Assembly: GCA_963845145.1 (NCBI GenBank)
Contig: CAWJQU010000005.1
Coordinates: 480,001-544,000 of the forward strand
Direction of reading: 5' to 3'
Source of the DNA: an uncultured delta proteobacterium
GTDB taxonomy: Bacteria; Desulfobacterota; Desulfobacteria; Desulfobacterales; QNYZ01
DNA: 64,000 nucleotides
Shown here: in pieces, positions 23,200-33,306 of the stretch
How positions within the stretch are numbered: the stretch's first letter is position 1
How the letters are laid out: each line of letters begins with the position of its first letter
Notes under the pieces: model-generated
Told to the model about the DNA's origin: nothing
What the model saw: only the letters and a program-made list of their open reading frames with translations
The model's database searches: none
Translations under genes and position numbers: made by a program

Positions 23200-23290
23200 A
23201 GATGCAAAATACAGGATGGTGTCATGATATCCATTCGCCATGAAAAACCGTCCAAAGCTTCTGGATTCTCACATCCTGTGTTTTGTATCT
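23200..23290 (+). other. Intergenic 19-bp stem-loop between TAXI receptor and permease genes
   Basis: agatgcaaaatacaggatg (23200-23218) pairs with catcctgtgttttgtatct (23272-23290) using two G-U pairs. Confidence 0.65.
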
Positions 23291-23336
23291 ATTACCTTCG
23301 ATATCCGGCGTAACACATGGAAAGAGATGGTGAAAC

Positions 23337-25253
23337 ATGTATGACAAGTTAAAGAATTTTGAAAAAATCATCTTTGATATTCTGGCTGTTAGCCTCGTGC
23401 TGTTTTACTCCTACTCCGCCGTAGTCGCGCCGGCGTCTACCCAGTACCACCGGGGAATCTACGTCATCATTACTTATGTACTGGTTTTTTTGTTATATCA
23501 ATCCAAATCAAAAAAATGGCCTGGCTTAAACCCTGTTCTCCGGGCAGTCGATTACCTGTTGATCCTGCTTTCAATTGTTACCATCGGATACTGGATACTA
23601 AATTTTGAAGTCATCAACTACCGTACCGGCGCTGAAACGCCATTGGACATGGCCCTTGCAATGATCGGGGTTCTCATCGGCGTAGAGCTGGCCCGGCGGG
23701 TGGTGGGCAATATTTTTGTTGTTATCGGCACCCTTATGCTCCTCTATGGTGTCTATGGGGCTTACTTTCCAGATATCATTTCCCATGCCGGTGACTCGTT
23801 CCCCGAATTGTGCACCAGTATATTTTATAAAAGTGATGGTGTGTTTGGCATCATGGCCAATGTTCTCGCCACTTACGTGATTCTTTTTGTTCTTTTCGGA
23901 GCGTTTCTGGAAAAATGTGGTGCCCAGAAATTTTTTATTGACTGGCCCTTGGCGGCCGTGGGTCATCGAATTGGCGGGCCCGCAAAGGTGTCTGTCATCG
24001 CCAGCGGCCTTTTCGGTTCCATCTCCGGCAGCGCCATCGCCAATACCGTGTCTACCGGTGCATTTACCATTCCCATGATGAAAAAGGCCGGTTTTAGACC
24101 CCACATCGCCGGCGGTATCGAGCCGGCGGCTTCCATCGGCGGGATGTTCATGCCCCCGATCATGGGTGCGGGCGGATTCATCATGGCGGAGCTGACGGGT
24201 CTGCCGTATTCCCAAATTATGTTGGTGGCCATCTTCCCTGCCATTATGTATTTTTTCAGTGTATATGTTATGGTCCACTACGAAGCGAAGAAGCATAATA
24301 TCATCGGTGAAAAATCAGAACAGAGCGCTATGGAGATCCTGAAAAAAGAATGGATCTATATCTTGCCCCTCGTGGTGATAACGATTTTTATGCTCACCGG
24401 CTATTCCCCGGGATTTTCAGCTATCTTAGGGCTGGCCACCTGCATCGCCGTCAGTTTTAAGGAAGAAAAAACCCGTATTGATTTAGCTTTCGCGGTCATT
24501 ATGGTGGTTGTCATTTTGGGCTCCTTTCTGAACATGGCCTCAGACGACATGGTCATTTCAGCAAACAAGCTGGTGATCATCGGTGTAATTGGGTATTTTA
24601 TTTTCCTCTTTTTCCGAAAAAACCGGCGCGAGCGTGTCGGGTATGAATTGAAACAATTTATGGAAGCGGCCAGGTCCGGGACGGAAAACAGCCTTAAAAT
24701 CGGTGCCACTGTGGGGGTTATCGGCATTATCATCGGCGTGCTCACCTTCAGCGGTCTGGTACTGACCTTTGCAGATATTGTTATCGAACTTGCGGGGGGC
24801 TCACTGGTTTTAACCATACTTTTAATCGCACTGGCTTCCCTGGTTCTCGGCATGGGTGTTCCGGTTACCGCAGCCTATCTCATCACTGCCGTGGTGGCAG
24901 TACCTGCCCTGACCCACCTGGGTGTTAATGAAATCGCCGCCCACATGATTGTTTACTGGTTGTCCCAGGACTCCAATATCACGCCACCGGTCTGCATTGC
25001 CGCCTTTGCCGGGGCGACCATCGCCAAGGCCAATATGTGGCGAACCGCCTTTGCATCCTTTAAATTTGCCAAGTTCCTGTACCTGGGGCCGTTTTTATTC
25101 GGTTATGTCCCGGGCTTTTCTTTGAACGGAAGCCACATGGATATTATCAAAGCTTTCGTGCTGATTATACTCGGAACCTGGGCATATTCATGGATTTTAA
25201 GCGGTATTTGGATAAAGCAAATCACCGGCCTGTTTAAGAAAGCACCCGCCTGA
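23337..25253 (+). CDS. TRAP transporter fused permease (DctQM-type)
   Basis: GGPAKVSV, GSISGSAIAN, PPIMGAGGF, LGMGVP, ITPPVC motifs. Confidence 0.9.
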   Translation: MYDKLKNFEKIIFDILAVSLVLFYSYSAVVAPASTQYHRGIYVIITYVLVFLLYQSKSKKWPGLNPVLRAVDYLLILLSIVTIGYWILNFEVINYRTGAETPLDMALAMIGVLIGVELARRVVGNIFVVIGTLMLLYGVYGAYFPDIISHAGDSFPELCTSIFYKSDGVFGIMANVLATYVILFVLFGAFLEKCGAQKFFIDWPLAAVGHRIGGPAKVSVIASGLFGSISGSAIANTVSTGAFTIPMMKKAGFRPHIAGGIEPAASIGGMFMPPIMGAGGFIMAELTGLPYSQIMLVAIFPAIMYFFSVYVMVHYEAKKHNIIGEKSEQSAMEILKKEWIYILPLVVITIFMLTGYSPGFSAILGLATCIAVSFKEEKTRIDLAFAVIMVVVILGSFLNMASDDMVISANKLVIIGVIGYFIFLFFRKNRRERVGYELKQFMEAARSGTENSLKIGATVGVIGIIIGVLTFSGLVLTFADIVIELAGGSLVLTILLIALASLVLGMGVPVTAAYLITAVVAVPALTHLGVNEIAAHMIVYWLSQDSNITPPVCIAAFAGATIAKANMWRTAFASFKFAKFLYLGPFLFGYVPGFSLNGSHMDIIKAFVLIILGTWAYSWILSGIWIKQITGLFKKAPA

Positions 25254-25303
25254 AAAATCGAGCCGAGCCGGCCGGCCAACACCAAAAAACGAGGTAAACC
25301 ACA

Positions 25304-25828
25304 TTGTCTATTCCAACGGTTGAAATAAACAAAATACTCTATGCCACGGACTTATCGGAAAATGCCCACCATGCCCTGGCCTATGCCGTCAGCTTAGCCG
25401 AGCAATACCGGGCCAGGCTTTCTTTGATCCACGTCCTCGAAGATACTTCCGATCTCGATGAAAAGGTGATCGGGTATATCTCAAGGGACCACTGGGATGA
25501 GATCAAAAAAGGACACGAAACAGAGGCGCGCACCACATTAACCGGGAAATTGAGAGGTCGAGGAGCCTTTGCGGCGGTTCTGGGCCAGATCAACGAGAAT
25601 GTGCGGGCCGGAATCCCTGAACCCCGTTTTAAAACCGGGGATATCCTCGTAATGCGCGGCAATCCCGTGGAAGAAATTATCGAGCAATCCCAGATGATCG
25701 GCGCAGATCTGCTGGTCATGGGGACCCACGGCCAGGGCACTCTTAAAGATGCCATGATGGGCAGTACGGCCCGGCGAATTCTGAGACGGTCGAAAATACC
25801 GGTACTGGTTGTCCGGTTGCCCAAATAA
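25304..25828 (+). CDS. Universal stress protein
   Basis: KILYATDLS, GNPVEEI, LLVMGTHG..MGSTARRILR. Confidence 0.9.
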   Translation: MSIPTVEINKILYATDLSENAHHALAYAVSLAEQYRARLSLIHVLEDTSDLDEKVIGYISRDHWDEIKKGHETEARTTLTGKLRGRGAFAAVLGQINENVRAGIPEPRFKTGDILVMRGNPVEEIIEQSQMIGADLLVMGTHGQGTLKDAMMGSTARRILRRSKIPVLVVRLPK

Positions 25829-25933
25829 TATAGTCTGCCGGTGTACCTACCCGCCAAGCAACCAGTGGTACATATTCCGGGTCACTTTATATGACGGTTT
25901 GAAGCGCTATTTTGCTTTAACCGGCAAACCGCT

Positions 25934-28378
25934 CTACATGTCCAGTTTGAAAAACGCCTCCGAACCACTGATGGTGCCCGGCTTCTTGGCGTACTCCGTG
26001 GGTGCCGTGCCTTCCTTGAAACATTCGAAAATGGTTTTTTCCGATTCGGGGATAGATAGCAAACCGGTTTTGGCATCGATTTTGGCGAACATTACGCCCT
26101 CGGGCACCTGAAAGACACGAATGGGCTTTCCTTCCAGGACACGTTGCATGAAGCCCAGCCAAATCGGACTGGCACTTCGGGCACCGTTTTCTCCCCGGCC
26201 CAGCGTCTCTTGATCATCAAAACCAACCCATGTACCGGTGACATAACGGGGCGTATACCCCATAAACCATGCGTCGTAGAGATCGTTGCTAGTGCCGGTC
26301 TTTCCGGCGGCGGGACGTTTAAGCGCCTTGATCCGCTGCCCGGTGCCATTTTTAACGACACCTTCCAATAAATTGGTCATGATATAGGCGGTGCTGGGTG
26401 ACAGCACTTTTTTTCTCGTCAGGGCGGCTTCTTCGATCACGTTGCCATCGCGATCCACAATCTTAGTGACAAATACCGGTGGTACATAAAAGCCGCGATT
26501 GGCAAAAACCGAATAGGTCGCGGTCAATTCCAGCAGCGACACCCCCGATGACCCCAGCGCAATCGAGAGATCTCGGCTTAATTCGGACGTGATGCCCATA
26601 TTATGCGCATAGTCGATGACATAGTCCACGCCGATATCTTTTAGAATCTTGATGGTTACAACATTTATCGATTTAGCCAGCGCCTCACGCAACAAAGTTC
26701 GGCCATAAAACTTATTCCCATAATTTTTCGGTTTCCAGGTGAAATCCATGGATGTCTCTTTATAAATCACCGGTGAGTCGATAATTGCCGTTGCAGACGT
26801 ATACCCCTTATCCAAAGCCGCCGCATAAACAATCGGCTTAAATGCCGAACCGGGTTGACGACGGGATTGGATGGCCCGATTAAACTGGGTTTTAAGAAAA
26901 TCTCTCCCCCCGATCATGGCTTTAATTTGGCCGGACTCCGTTTCCAGACAGATCATGGCGGCCTGGGCGGTTGGGGCCTGTTCCAGAAGGACGTCCCACT
27001 GATCGGCGGCTTTTCGTTTTTTGTCTATCTTGACTTCGATGACATCGCCTTTTTTGAGCGCTTTACTGATTCGTTTCAGCGACGCCTTTTTATACGATAC
27101 CTTCGAGTTAGGCGGACGGGCCCATTTCATGGTTTTAAGTTGAATATAGCCGCTCTCTTTACCGATCTGAACGGTCGCCACCTTTTTTTTATCGCTGACG
27201 GCGATGACGACCGCTTTGACCCGTTTTCCAGGTGCAAGGCCACCCATCTTTTCAATTTCATCGGTCCGGGCCCGGTTAAATGCTTCGATTTCATCAGGTT
27301 CAAGACTTTTTAGGGGTCCGCGGAAGCCTCGGCGTTTATCCAGATCCAGAAGCCCTTTCTCGACTTCCTCTCGGGCGATTTTTTGCATTTCGATGTTCAC
27401 CGACGTAAAGATTGTCAATCCACTGCGGTAGAGTGCGTCCGTACCATGTTTCTTTTCAACATAGCGGCGAACATGTTCGGTATAATAAGGCACCTCATCA
27501 AGAAAGAGGTTGCGTCGCGGTTGTATATCGAGTTTTTGATCGATGGCCTCGGTGGCCTGTAAATTGGTGATATACCCTTCGTCAAGCATGCGATTGATGA
27601 CGTATATGCGTCGCAAATTGGCCTTATCAAGCGCATGAAACGGCGAATAGCGGCTGGGCGCCTGGGGTAATCCGGCCAAAATGGCACATTCGGCCAGGGT
27701 TAGCTCCTCAACCGTTTTATTAAAGTAGTTGTCAGCGGCCGCTCCCACACCATAGGCACCATGCCCCAGATAGATCTGGTTCAAATATAAAAACAGTATT
27801 TCATCCTTGGTTAAAAATTTCTCAATCCGATAAGCCAAAATGGCTTCTTTTAGCTTACGGTTATAGTTACGCGCTGGGGTCAGAAAAAAAGACTTCGTTA
27901 CCTGTTGGGTAATAGTACTGCCGCCCTGCACAATAGTACCCGCTTTCAGGTTTTTAATGAATGCCCGCAGAACGCTGTAAAAATCGATCCCCTTATGTTG
28001 ATAAAAGCGGGAATCTTCGGCGGAAACAAACGCCTTTTTTAACTGGTCGGGCATCTCCGTCAAGGGGACGATAATGCGGCGCTCCTTGAAGAATTCGCCA
28101 ATCTTGCGCCCGTCGTCAGAATACATGGTTGTAATAATCGGCGGCCGGTAGTCAGCCAGGGAAGTGATTTTCGGCAGATCCTCACTAAAGTAATAGTATC
28201 CGCCGAAGGCCAGGGCCGCAGCGACTATCACCATTACCAGGGATAGCAGGAATCCCCATTTTACGAGTCGAAAAATCCAATTTCTTTTAGTCAGGCGGCC
28301 CCGCTTTTTGATAATCGCCGACCTTGTCCTGGGGGCTTCCGCCGACATAGTCCACTTTTTAGGGTCCTGGTCGTCCAT
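25934..28378 (-). CDS. mrcA: Penicillin-binding protein 1A
   Basis: Transglycosylase EDSRF and GGSTITQQ; transpeptidase SAFK, SIN, KTGT. Confidence 0.92.
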   Translation of the reverse strand: MDDQDPKKWTMSAEAPRTRSAIIKKRGRLTKRNWIFRLVKWGFLLSLVMVIVAAALAFGGYYYFSEDLPKITSLADYRPPIITTMYSDDGRKIGEFFKERRIIVPLTEMPDQLKKAFVSAEDSRFYQHKGIDFYSVLRAFIKNLKAGTIVQGGSTITQQVTKSFFLTPARNYNRKLKEAILAYRIEKFLTKDEILFLYLNQIYLGHGAYGVGAAADNYFNKTVEELTLAECAILAGLPQAPSRYSPFHALDKANLRRIYVINRMLDEGYITNLQATEAIDQKLDIQPRRNLFLDEVPYYTEHVRRYVEKKHGTDALYRSGLTIFTSVNIEMQKIAREEVEKGLLDLDKRRGFRGPLKSLEPDEIEAFNRARTDEIEKMGGLAPGKRVKAVVIAVSDKKKVATVQIGKESGYIQLKTMKWARPPNSKVSYKKASLKRISKALKKGDVIEVKIDKKRKAADQWDVLLEQAPTAQAAMICLETESGQIKAMIGGRDFLKTQFNRAIQSRRQPGSAFKPIVYAAALDKGYTSATAIIDSPVIYKETSMDFTWKPKNYGNKFYGRTLLREALAKSINVVTIKILKDIGVDYVIDYAHNMGITSELSRDLSIALGSSGVSLLELTATYSVFANRGFYVPPVFVTKIVDRDGNVIEEAALTRKKVLSPSTAYIMTNLLEGVVKNGTGQRIKALKRPAAGKTGTSNDLYDAWFMGYTPRYVTGTWVGFDDQETLGRGENGARSASPIWLGFMQRVLEGKPIRVFQVPEGVMFAKIDAKTGLLSIPESEKTIFECFKEGTAPTEYAKKPGTISGSEAFFKLDM

Positions 28379-28683
28379 AACCGGGGTCCATATTTCGGTT
28401 TACGGTGATGATAAATAAACTATACAGTCTATTCCGGCTTCATAAAAAGTTCAAGATGCGACCCATTTTATTTTGTTGTCAGACGTCACAGATTTGACCT
28501 CAATAGGTGTAAAACAGGGAGCAACACAAATATTTTAGTGGTTAAAAATAATCACATTTTAACCGCGTGAACGTTTTCGTCAATGTAAAAGCGGGTTTAA
28601 AGCCGGATAATTAAATTGACTTTTTTTTTCATGCAGATTACACAATTGGGCTTATCTTTTATAGGTTAAGGAGTGTAACGGCC

Positions 28684-29061
28684 ATGGTAGACTTGGCTTT
28701 TGACAAAATGAAGGGCCTGTTGCCGGCCATAGCCCAGGATTATCGGTCCGGAGAAGTGCTGATGCTGGGATTTATGGATAAGGCCGCTTGGGAGAAAACC
28801 CTGGCCACGGGCAAGGCCACCTATTTCAGCCGTACGCGACAAGCGCTGTGGACCAAAGGAGAAACCTCGGGTCATCATCAGATCGTCAAAGAAATTAGAA
28901 TTGATTGTGACAATGATACCGTTTTGCTCAAGGTGGAACAATTGGGCGGCGGGGCTTGCCATACGGGCCATCACTCCTGCTTTTATCAAATACTGGCCGA
29001 CGGTCGGTTAGAGATTGATGGAACGCCGAATTTCGACCCACAGGAGGTGTATAATAAATGA
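28684..29061 (+). CDS. hisI: Phosphoribosyl-AMP cyclohydrolase
   Basis: [24 protein letters not shown]. Confidence 0.95.
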   Translation: MVDLAFDKMKGLLPAIAQDYRSGEVLMLGFMDKAAWEKTLATGKATYFSRTRQALWTKGETSGHHQIVKEIRIDCDNDTVLLKVEQLGGGACHTGHHSCFYQILADGRLEIDGTPNFDPQEVYNK

Positions 29062-29933
29062 GTTCGAAGTTGAAACTGGGTATTCCCAAGGGAAGCCTTC
29101 AAAACGCCACTATCGCCCTATTTAAACGATCCGGGTGGAATATAAATGTCAATGGCCGCAGTTATTTTCCTGAAATTGACGATGATGCGATTTCATGCGC
29201 CATCTGCAGGGCTCAGGAAATGCCCCGTTATGTTCAGGATGGTACCCTGGATGTGGGATTAACCGGGAGAGACTGGATTGCCGAGAATGAAAGTGATGTG
29301 CAGGTTGTGGCTGATCTGGTGTACTCCAAGGTAAGTGCGCGCCCCGCCCGCTGGGTATTGGCCGTACCCTATGATTCCCCCATTCATACCCTTTCCGATC
29401 TGGACGGAAAAACGATCGCCACCGAGCTGACCCACTTTACACGCAAATATTTTGCCGAGAGAGACATTCAGGTGACGGTAGAATTTTCCTGGGGAGCCAC
29501 CGAAGCCAAAGTCGTTTCCGGTTTGGCGGATGCTATCGTGGAGGTTACGGAAACCGAATCGACCATTAAAGCCCACGGGTTGCGCATCATTCATGAATTA
29601 ATGCAAACCAACACGCAGGTGATTGCCAATCGTCTTGCCTGGAAAGTCCCTGAAAAAAGAGAAAAAATCGAGCAGATTACCCTTTTGCTCAAAGGTGCCC
29701 TGCTTGGGGATCAGCTGGTGGGTTTGAAAATGAATGTCCCCAAGGACAAAATGCAACAGGTGATTGACCTGCTTCCCAGCCTCAATGCGCCCACGGTGGC
29801 GAGCTTGTATCAGACCGAATGGTTTTCGGTGGAATCCATGGTGGACCGAAACGTCATGCGTGATCTGATACCGAATTTAATCCGGGCCGGGGCCGAGGGA
29901 ATTATCGAGTATCCCCTCAACAAAGTCGTGTAG
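29058..29933 (+). CDS. hisG: ATP phosphoribosyltransferase (long form)
   Basis: [29 protein letters not shown]-terminal regulatory domain. Confidence 0.95.
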   Translation: MSSKLKLGIPKGSLQNATIALFKRSGWNINVNGRSYFPEIDDDAISCAICRAQEMPRYVQDGTLDVGLTGRDWIAENESDVQVVADLVYSKVSARPARWVLAVPYDSPIHTLSDLDGKTIATELTHFTRKYFAERDIQVTVEFSWGATEAKVVSGLADAIVEVTETESTIKAHGLRIIHELMQTNTQVIANRLAWKVPEKREKIEQITLLLKGALLGDQLVGLKMNVPKDKMQQVIDLLPSLNAPTVASLYQTEWFSVESMVDRNVMRDLIPNLIRAGAEGIIEYPLNKVV

Positions 29934-29971
29934 CCACCGGTTATCTATAACCTACTGCATATATAGATTAA

Positions 29972-31117
29972 ATGGCTTCCAAACGCACTACCGAGATGAC
30001 GTCCTTTATCGTTATGGACGTGTTGGAAAAAGCCTGCGAAATGGAGAAAAGCGGCCAGAACGTCGTGCACCTTGAAGTTGGGGAGCCCGATTTCGATACG
30101 CCGGCCTGTGTAAAAGCGGCAATATGCCAGGCGCTGGAGGACGGCCATACCCACTATACCCACAGCCTGGGTATACCGGCTTTAAGAGAAGCCATTTGTG
30201 AATATTATACCGAGACTTATGGTGTGTCGATGGATCCTGGTCAGGTGGTTATTACCTCAGGGACCTCACCGGCAATGTTTCTCGTTTTTTCCACGCTCCT
30301 TGATCCCCGTGATGAAGTCATCATTTCCGACCCCCATTATGCCTGTTATCCTAATTTTATTCGATTTGCCGACGGGGTTCCCATATCCGTGCCGGTATAT
30401 GAAGATGACGGATTTCAATACCGGCCGGCGATGATCGAAGAAAAAATATCAACGAAAACACAGGCAATCCTGATCAACTCGCCATCCAACCCAACCGGTA
30501 ATTTGCTCTCTGCCAAACGGATGGAAGCCTTGGCTCACTTGGGACCGCTGATCGTTTCCGATGAAATTTACCATGGCCTGGTTTATGAGGGGGAACAGCA
30601 CAGTATTCTTGAATTCACCGAAGACGCCATTGTATTGAACGGATTTTCCAAGCTATACGCAATGACCGGCCTGCGTTTGGGATATTTGATTGCCCCCAAG
30701 CGATTCATTCGGCCAATTCAAAAATTGCATCAGAATTTTTTCATTTCTACCAATGCCGCCGTTCAAGTGGCAGGCATTGCAGCCTTGAAAGAGGCCGGTG
30801 ATGATGTCGCGCATATGAGGCATACCTACGACCAGCGACGACGCTATATGGTGCAGCGACTCAAATCCTTGGGTTTCGGTATCACCGTCGAGCCCACCGG
30901 CGCCTTCTACGTTTTTGCCAACGCCGGGCATTTAAGCGACAACTCCTATCAACTGGCTTTCGATATTCTAGAGAAGGCCCATGTGGGCGTGGCCCCCGGT
31001 ATTGATTTTGGCCCGGGGGGAGAGGGCTATTTGCGGTTTTCCTATGCCAATTCCATGGCCAATATCGAAAAGGGGCTCAATCGTATCGAAACGTATTTAT
31101 CCCGGCATTTATGCTGA
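29972..31117 (+). CDS. PLP-dependent class I aminotransferase
   Basis: GEPDF, NSPSNPTG, SDEIY, GFSKLYAMTGLRLG. Confidence 0.9.
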   Translation: MASKRTTEMTSFIVMDVLEKACEMEKSGQNVVHLEVGEPDFDTPACVKAAICQALEDGHTHYTHSLGIPALREAICEYYTETYGVSMDPGQVVITSGTSPAMFLVFSTLLDPRDEVIISDPHYACYPNFIRFADGVPISVPVYEDDGFQYRPAMIEEKISTKTQAILINSPSNPTGNLLSAKRMEALAHLGPLIVSDEIYHGLVYEGEQHSILEFTEDAIVLNGFSKLYAMTGLRLGYLIAPKRFIRPIQKLHQNFFISTNAAVQVAGIAALKEAGDDVAHMRHTYDQRRRYMVQRLKSLGFGITVEPTGAFYVFANAGHLSDNSYQLAFDILEKAHVGVAPGIDFGPGGEGYLRFSYANSMANIEKGLNRIETYLSRHLC

Positions 31118-31137
31118 CACTTACCTGGTGAGAAACC

Positions 31138-31728
31138 ATGATCATCCATACTGCTAAATTCATCACCAGTGCCACCAAACCATCCCAATATCCTCCCGAG
31201 GCATTGCCGGAAATCGCTTTTTCCGGACGATCCAATGTGGGAAAATCGTCATTAATTAATATTTTAGTCAACCGCAAACGTCTGGTTAAAACATCGCGGA
31301 CACCGGGGCGGACCCAGCTAATCAATTTTTTTTCAGTTAATGACCGCCTCATGATGGTCGATTTACCGGGCTATGGCTATGCCAAAGTTCCGGCCGCGGT
31401 GCGTAAAAATTGGCGCCCCATGATCGAGAGCTACCTTATCGGCCGTGGGACCTTGAAAGGCGTTGTTCTGTTATTGGACATACGCCGGTCTCCGGATGAA
31501 CGGGAACAGCTGTATGTGGATTGGCTGGTGCAAAACCATCTACTGGTCATCCCCGTTCTCACAAAATCGGATAAATTGTCAAAAGCCGCTCAGAAACGCC
31601 AATTTCAACAATTCGAGGAAATGATCGGCTTCGGGCGGTTTACCCCCATTCTTTTTTCGGCAAAAACCAGACAAGGGCGAGAAGTGGTATGGAAAGCCAT
31701 TGAGAAGGCGGTCCAAATGGAAGAATAA
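31138..31728 (+). CDS. engB: Ribosome biogenesis GTPase YihA/EngB
   Basis: GRSNVGKSS, DLPGYG, TKSDK. Confidence 0.95.
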   Translation: MIIHTAKFITSATKPSQYPPEALPEIAFSGRSNVGKSSLINILVNRKRLVKTSRTPGRTQLINFFSVNDRLMMVDLPGYGYAKVPAAVRKNWRPMIESYLIGRGTLKGVVLLLDIRRSPDEREQLYVDWLVQNHLLVIPVLTKSDKLSKAAQKRQFQQFEEMIGFGRFTPILFSAKTRQGREVVWKAIEKAVQMEE

Positions 31729-31739
31729 CGATGTTCAGC

Positions 31740-31768
31740 TTGACAATAAAGTCGAAAATGGTCATATT
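31740..31768 (+). promoter_or_regulatory. Possible sigma70 promoter of the FecR-OmpA genes
   Basis: TTGACA-N17-CATATT. Confidence 0.5.
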
Positions 31769-31810
31769 TCAGGAAATATGTAATTACAATAACACAAACC
31801 GAAAGAGGAT

Positions 31811-32260
31811 ATGATGAAAAAACTACTCATTCTATTCGGTATTATCGGCTTGCTTTTACCCAATACGGTCTTGGGCGACACAGATTTTATCGGTGGATTA
31901 CGAAATGTCCAGGGTATCGCTTTGGTCAAACGGGGTACACAGGAGATTCCGGCCGAAAATGGCTTGCGGATCCATTTAAATGATATCCTCATAACGCAGG
32001 AAGACGGTTCCATGGGCGTGGTGTTTAAGGATGATACCCGTATTTCCTTAGGACCGAGCAGCAAAATGACGATAACACAATTTGTCTACTCTCCGGCCCA
32101 GCAAAAATTTGGATTTATAACCCAGATGATCAAAGGAACAGCTTCTTATGTGTCTGGTGCGATCGGAAAATCATCTCCGGAAGCCGTCAAATTCCAGACA
32201 CCGGTGGCGACAATCGGGATTCGAGGAACCACGTTTCTAGCCCGAGTGGATCCAGAGTAG
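31811..32260 (+). CDS. Stand-alone exported FecR-domain protein
   Basis: Signal peptide; FKDDTRISLGPSS and TPVATIGIRGTTF motifs. Confidence 0.8.
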   Translation: MMKKLLILFGIIGLLLPNTVLGDTDFIGGLRNVQGIALVKRGTQEIPAENGLRIHLNDILITQEDGSMGVVFKDDTRISLGPSSKMTITQFVYSPAQQKFGFITQMIKGTASYVSGAIGKSSPEAVKFQTPVATIGIRGTTFLARVDPE

Positions 32261-32328
32261 GGTTACCGCTTTTGGCCCGGAGCGACAAAGGGCCCTTTTC
32301 ATTCGATCATAACCCAAGGAAAAATTTA

Positions 32329-32943
32329 ATGAATTTGACGAAATGGATATCTGTTTCCATCCTGGCCTGCGGGCTGTTTTTCTTCTCTGCTTGTGGCGGC
32401 CCGAAAAACCTGTTCGTATTGATGCCGGATGCCGAAGATGGGACCGTTGGAAGCATCACGGTTACCAATGAAGCCGGTAAACAGATAATCACGTCCCCCG
32501 ATACAGTCGTCAAAGTCAAAGATGCTCAAACCTCACCCACCCCTCCGGAACCTATGGCGGAAGAAGGTATAAATAAAATTTTTAAGAAGGCACTGGCCGC
32601 CACGCCACGCCCGCCTGCACAATTTATGCTGCAATTTCAAACCGGCACCTCCTCGCTTACCGAGAAATCCCAAGATCAGTTGAGTCAAATTATTATTGCC
32701 GTCATTGATCGGCAGCCCTGCGATGTCTCTATCATCGGGCATACGGATACCCGCGGTACGGCTCAGAAAAATGTCGAACTCGGCCTACAGCGAGCGAATA
32801 CCGTCAAACAAATTCTTATCGATCAGGGTGTGGATGCACGACAGATTGAAGCGACCTCCCATGGTGAGACAAGCTTAATCATCCAGACAGCGGATGATGT
32901 CGATGAACCCCAAAATCGACGCGTAGAGGTTTTGGTCAGATAA
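32329..32943 (+). CDS. OmpA-family peptidoglycan-binding lipoprotein
   Basis: Lipobox FFSAC; GHTDTRG..N..LGLQRA..NRRVE; ATG 32329 after AAGGA. Confidence 0.85.
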   Translation: MNLTKWISVSILACGLFFFSACGGPKNLFVLMPDAEDGTVGSITVTNEAGKQIITSPDTVVKVKDAQTSPTPPEPMAEEGINKIFKKALAATPRPPAQFMLQFQTGTSSLTEKSQDQLSQIIIAVIDRQPCDVSIIGHTDTRGTAQKNVELGLQRANTVKQILIDQGVDARQIEATSHGETSLIIQTADDVDEPQNRRVEVLVR

Positions 32944-33073
32944 CCCTGTCTTCTCGTCGTGACGGCCACCACCCAAAAACGGTTGAAGCCTTCACAAAAA
33001 AATTTGGTTTCTGCGTGAAGGGACCCATCGAAAACCCGGTTTTTATACGAAAACCGACCAAATATTAGCCTTG

Positions 33074-33109
33074 ACCCCGATTGAGCAATTTCGTTCAATT
33101 GGGGTTTGT
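33074..33109 (+). terminator. Hairpin, possible terminator or operator
   Basis: accccgattga...tcaattggggt followed by a short T-rich tail. Confidence 0.4.
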
Positions 33110-33306
33110 GGTATATAGTGCCTAAAATGAGTGTTTATTTTCCTATTTGGGCCGATCAATATATGATAAAAGGATCGTTATTGGTGTATAACCCGCGTCG
33201 GTTAAATTTTTGTTTTTAAGTTAGCCAAGCATCGTACTTGGTTATTAAGATGAGGATGCGGAGTAAACCGTTTTAAATGATTGGTTTGTCTTGGGAGCCA
33301 TAAATT

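Noticed and set aside
28379..28683. Histidine attenuator leader upstream of hisI-hisG
   Set aside because: No His-codon-rich leader peptide or terminator/antiterminator pair found
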